Positions 6,084-8,623 of a stretch of DNA of 8,623 bases are shown here, piece by piece. How positions within the stretch are numbered: position 1 is the first letter of the stretch; every line of letters starts with the position of its first letter. The DNA is from Candidatus Heimdallarchaeota archaeon (GTDB lineage: Archaea > Asgardarchaeota > Heimdallarchaeia > JABLTI01), in assembly GCA_030614005.1 (NCBI GenBank), contig JAUWKS010000098.1, positions 1 through 8,623 of the forward strand. The letters run 5' to 3'. The notes beneath the pieces are model-generated. The model ran no database searches, was not told the origin of the DNA, and saw nothing but the letters and a program-made list of their open reading frames with translations. The translations under genes and the position numbers were made by a program.

Positions 6084-7061
6084 TTGCCAGAAGTTTACGA
6101 ATGGCGAGGAGCCAGACCCGGAGACATAGTTTGGAGACACCCTGATGACAGAATTCAATGGGGAAGTCAAATTATTGTCAAGCAAAACCAAAACGCTATC
6201 CTTTTCAAAGAAGGAAAAGCATACGATGTACTTTCACCAGGAAGACATTTCATCACAACCAAAAATCTTCCCTTAATAACAAAGTTGTTATCAAAGATTG
6301 TTGGTTATGATCGATCACCATTTAATGCTGAAGTTATTTTTGTGAGTCTCAGCGATTTCAAAGGTAAATTTGGTGGTAGGACCCAAACAATGGACCTTGC
6401 CCCATTACAATTCCATGGAGAATACTACTTTGAAATAAAAGAACCAAGTCCATTCATCATGGAAGTTGTAGGAAATCAAAGCATTTACAATTCTGCAGCA
6501 GCACTTGATTATCTAAGAGGTTTCTTCGTACAAACATCAATGGATAATTTATCATCATTCAAACTGATCAAAGTAATGCAAGAATTGAACGAAGTGAGTG
6601 ACGAGATTGAAAAAGAAATCTATCAACAAATAACCAAATGGGGTATAAATCTCATAGATTTGAAATTCCTCGGTGTTGATACTACACCAGAATATCGTGA
6701 CCGATTGTTCTGGATGCAATCAGGAGTATCCGCAGACAAACTTATCACATTGAAAACAGTAGAAAAATCATCGGAACATCTTGGAAAGTCACCAGGAGCT
6801 GGTCTCGGTGCAGGAATGTTTCTCATGCCAGAATTAATGAGGCAAGCCAATGCAGCAAAATCCTCTGGTAGAGCTGATCAAGAAGCAGTAGTTCAGTGTG
6901 CAAAATGTGGAAATGATTCTTCTCCTGCAGCAAAATTCTGTCCTTCGTGTGGTACACAGATGGGTGTCAAACCAAGAAAAGCAGGCAAGTTCTGCACTAA
7001 TTGTGGAACAAAAGTTGAAGGCAAATCCAAATTCTGTCCAGCATGTGGTACTTCGTTTTAA
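6084..7061 (+). CDS. SPFH (band 7) domain protein, YdjI/COG4260-like, with C-terminal double zinc ribbon
   Basis: IVWRHP...GSQIIVKQNQNAILFKEGKAYDVLSPGRH and EVIFVS...KFGG...FHGEYYFEIKEP are typical of YdjI-like SPFH domains. A Gly-rich GAGLGAG segment precedes four CxxC motifs (CAKC, CPSC, CTNC, CPAC). TTG start with AGGTG SD at 6070-6074. No N-terminal TM helix visible. Confidence 0.88.
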   Translation: MPEVYEWRGARPGDIVWRHPDDRIQWGSQIIVKQNQNAILFKEGKAYDVLSPGRHFITTKNLPLITKLLSKIVGYDRSPFNAEVIFVSLSDFKGKFGGRTQTMDLAPLQFHGEYYFEIKEPSPFIMEVVGNQSIYNSAAALDYLRGFFVQTSMDNLSSFKLIKVMQELNEVSDEIEKEIYQQITKWGINLIDLKFLGVDTTPEYRDRLFWMQSGVSADKLITLKTVEKSSEHLGKSPGAGLGAGMFLMPELMRQANAAKSSGRADQEAVVQCAKCGNDSSPAAKFCPSCGTQMGVKPRKAGKFCTNCGTKVEGKSKFCPACGTSF

Positions 7062-7080
7062 TGAGAAATTAAGTAATTAC

Positions 7081-7119
7081 ATATTGTCCCCTTTTTTTCA
7101 GGGGAATATTTTTCTTTTT
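7081..7119 (+). terminator. Stem-loop plus T-tract terminator after the SPFH gene
   Basis: TCCCCT (7087-7092) pairs with AGGGGA (7100-7105) around a TTTTTTC loop, followed by T-rich sequence, 20-55 nt after the TAA. Confidence 0.6.
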
Positions 7120-7146
7120 CAAAAAATCTCTCTTTCTAGTGTTTAA

Positions 7147-7236
7147 TTGGTGAAAATTTCTTCTGTACTTAATCCAGGTGAAAATATCCTGTGGACTCGC
7201 AAGATATCCCACTTCAACAAAAACTCTATCAGTTAG
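7147..7236 (+). pseudogene. Possible truncated remnant of a gene starting with an 'L.PGE.ILW' motif (bacterial-PH-like family)
   Basis: Short ORF TTG...TAG encoding MVKISSVLNPGENILWTRKISHFNKNSIS. LNPGENILW resembles a common N-terminal motif of bPH-like proteins; only 29 codons are present. Confidence 0.3.
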
Positions 7237-7256
7237 TTAACTAAAACATACAACAA

Positions 7257-8483
7257 GTGAGAAAAATGAGTCAAGCGAAAACACCAAGAAATGTTCATCT
7301 GAAAATAGTAAAAGAAAAGCATGAACAATTACCAGCAATAATGAACGAAACAGCTATTGAATGTTGGATTGTTTTTACTCGAGAAACTTCGCAAATATCA
7401 GAACCGGTAATGGATATCGTTGTAGGGGGCGATGTAGTGTGGCATTCAGCATTTATCTTTTCGAACATAAAAGGAGAATTCAAAAAAACAGCAATAGTAG
7501 GAAACTATGATGTAAATGCTGAAAAAGATAAGGCAGTCTGGGATGAAGTGTTGGGATACAAAGAAGGAATTTCCGTACTATTGAGAGACTACATCGAAAA
7601 ACTGAACCCAAAAAACATTGCTCTAAATTATGATATCGATGATGTATCCGCAGATGGATTAACTTATGGAATGTACCTTACACTCGAAAAAATATTGGGC
7701 AAGAAAAAGGCACTATTCACAAGTGCAGTACCAATAATACAAAAATTGCGTGGACGAAAATCAGAAACAGAAATAGAACTAGTAACTAAAGCATGTTTAC
7801 TTACAAAAGACATCTACAAAAGAATAGGAGCACAAGTAAAAGTAGGGATGAATGAAACAGAAATACAAAAGATGTTCCACGATGAAATGAACAAATTAGG
7901 TGTAATTGAATCATGGCAAAGAAATTCCTGCCCGGCAGTAGATGCAGGACCTGATAAAGAAATAGGTCATTCAGGACCACAACCAACAATTAAAGTGCAA
8001 ATGGGGCATACGCTACATTACGATTTTGGAGTGAAATTACATGGCTACTGCTCAGATATACAAAGAATGTATTTCTTTGGTGCAGAGAAGGATATTCCGG
8101 AAGAATTGATACATGCGTTTGATACAGTGCATAAAGCAATAACGCTCTCTGCAGAATTCATAAAACCAGGAGTGAAGGGATATGAGGTAGATAAGATCGC
8201 TCGAGATCACGTAATCTCGAGAGGATACGAAGAATACGGACATGCACTTGGTCATCAAGTGGGAAGACAAGCACACGACGGAGGAACACTACTAGGACCA
8301 TTGTGGGAACGATATGGAGAAATACCAAAAGGACCAGTAGAAGAAAACATGATCTTTACTCTAGAACTAAATGTCAAAACAAAGAACTATGGATATGTAT
8401 CCTTAGAAGAAGATATAGTGATAACAAAAGACGGATGTAGATTTCTCATTCCACGACAAGAAAAATTCAGAATAATAGAGTGA
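7257..8483 (+). CDS. Xaa-Pro aminopeptidase / prolidase family (M24B) metallopeptidase
   Basis: Metal-ligand motifs HYDFG, YCSDIQR, GHALGHQVG..AHD, FTLE and LEEDIV, with a creatinase-like N-terminal domain. The in-frame ATG at 7266 is the likelier start. Confidence 0.92.
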   Translation: MRKMSQAKTPRNVHLKIVKEKHEQLPAIMNETAIECWIVFTRETSQISEPVMDIVVGGDVVWHSAFIFSNIKGEFKKTAIVGNYDVNAEKDKAVWDEVLGYKEGISVLLRDYIEKLNPKNIALNYDIDDVSADGLTYGMYLTLEKILGKKKALFTSAVPIIQKLRGRKSETEIELVTKACLLTKDIYKRIGAQVKVGMNETEIQKMFHDEMNKLGVIESWQRNSCPAVDAGPDKEIGHSGPQPTIKVQMGHTLHYDFGVKLHGYCSDIQRMYFFGAEKDIPEELIHAFDTVHKAITLSAEFIKPGVKGYEVDKIARDHVISRGYEEYGHALGHQVGRQAHDGGTLLGPLWERYGEIPKGPVEENMIFTLELNVKTKNYGYVSLEEDIVITKDGCRFLIPRQEKFRIIE

Positions 8484-8533
8484 ATAATGAAAAAGAAAAA
8501 AGAACAAAAAATAGCGAATGAAAAAACAATAGA

Positions 8534-8558
8534 AGAGAAAAGGAATCTTCCTTTCTCT
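8534..8558. terminator. Hairpin between convergent genes, candidate bidirectional terminator
   Basis: AGAGAAAAGGAA (8534-8545) and TTCCTTTCTCT (8548-8558) are reverse complements with one bulged A. A-tracts on the left are T-tracts on the minus strand, and T-rich sequence follows on the right. Confidence 0.55.
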
Positions 8559-8585
8559 CGAAACTCTTTTTCTGCTTGCAAAAAA

Positions 8586-8623
8586 CTATGCAAGACGTTT
8601 GCGTCTGATAACCGCAACTGCAA
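8586..8623 (-). CDS. 3' end of a gene entering from the right; C-terminal hydrophobic segment plus basic tail (probable membrane-anchored surface protein)
   Basis: The minus-strand frame from 8621 reads GCA GTT GCG GTT ATC AGA CGC AAA CGT CTT GCA TAG = AVAVIRRKRLA*, followed directly by a T-tract and the hairpin. Only 11 full codons are visible. Confidence 0.5.
   Translation of the reverse strand, partial: AVAVIRRKRLA

Noticed and set aside
7149-7185. GGTGAAAAT direct repeat (7149-7157, 7177-7185) as a CRISPR or iteron remnant
   Set aside because: Only two 9-bp copies, far too short for CRISPR repeats, with no cas or rep genes nearby.
561-8276. Short overlapping ORFs in the track (561-773, 1139-1336, 2105-2356, 2451-2672, 3535-3744, 4958-5191, 5268-5453, 6623-6850, 6898-7146, 7295-7483, 7801-7989, 8052-8276)
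   Set aside because: All lie largely antisense to, or out of frame within, well-supported genes and show no recognisable motifs; treated as shadow ORFs.
8387-8623. 78-aa minus-strand ORF from the track
   Set aside because: It overlaps the peptidase by 97 nt and its Phe-rich stretch merely translates terminator T-tracts. Another frame (stop at 8586-8588) gives a more natural gene end.

Overview
An AT-rich archaeal chromosomal segment, most plausibly from an Asgard archaeon (Heimdallarchaeia-like; taxon inferred from gene content, not proven). In order: the 3' end of a probable ECF-transporter S component; a small TFE-beta/RPC34(RPC39)-like protein with an intact [4Fe-4S] cysteine motif; a co-oriented rlmE-trm1-rnhB cluster; a convergent COG1395-type HTH regulator; a eukaryote-type ubiquitin-activating E1 (UBA3/UBA2-like) whose C-terminal domain visibly resembles ubiquitin; divergently, an SPFH-domain protein with a double zinc ribbon; a possible truncated gene remnant; an M24 Xaa-Pro peptidase; and the last codons of a convergent gene ending in a hydrophobic-plus-basic tail. 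No tRNA, rRNA, CRISPR array or mobile element was seen. The best candidate for an undescribed system is the head-to-head E1 / SPFH-zinc-ribbon pair, with no ubiquitin, E2, E3 or JAB gene in the window. All family assignments come from motif recognition by eye; no database search was run.
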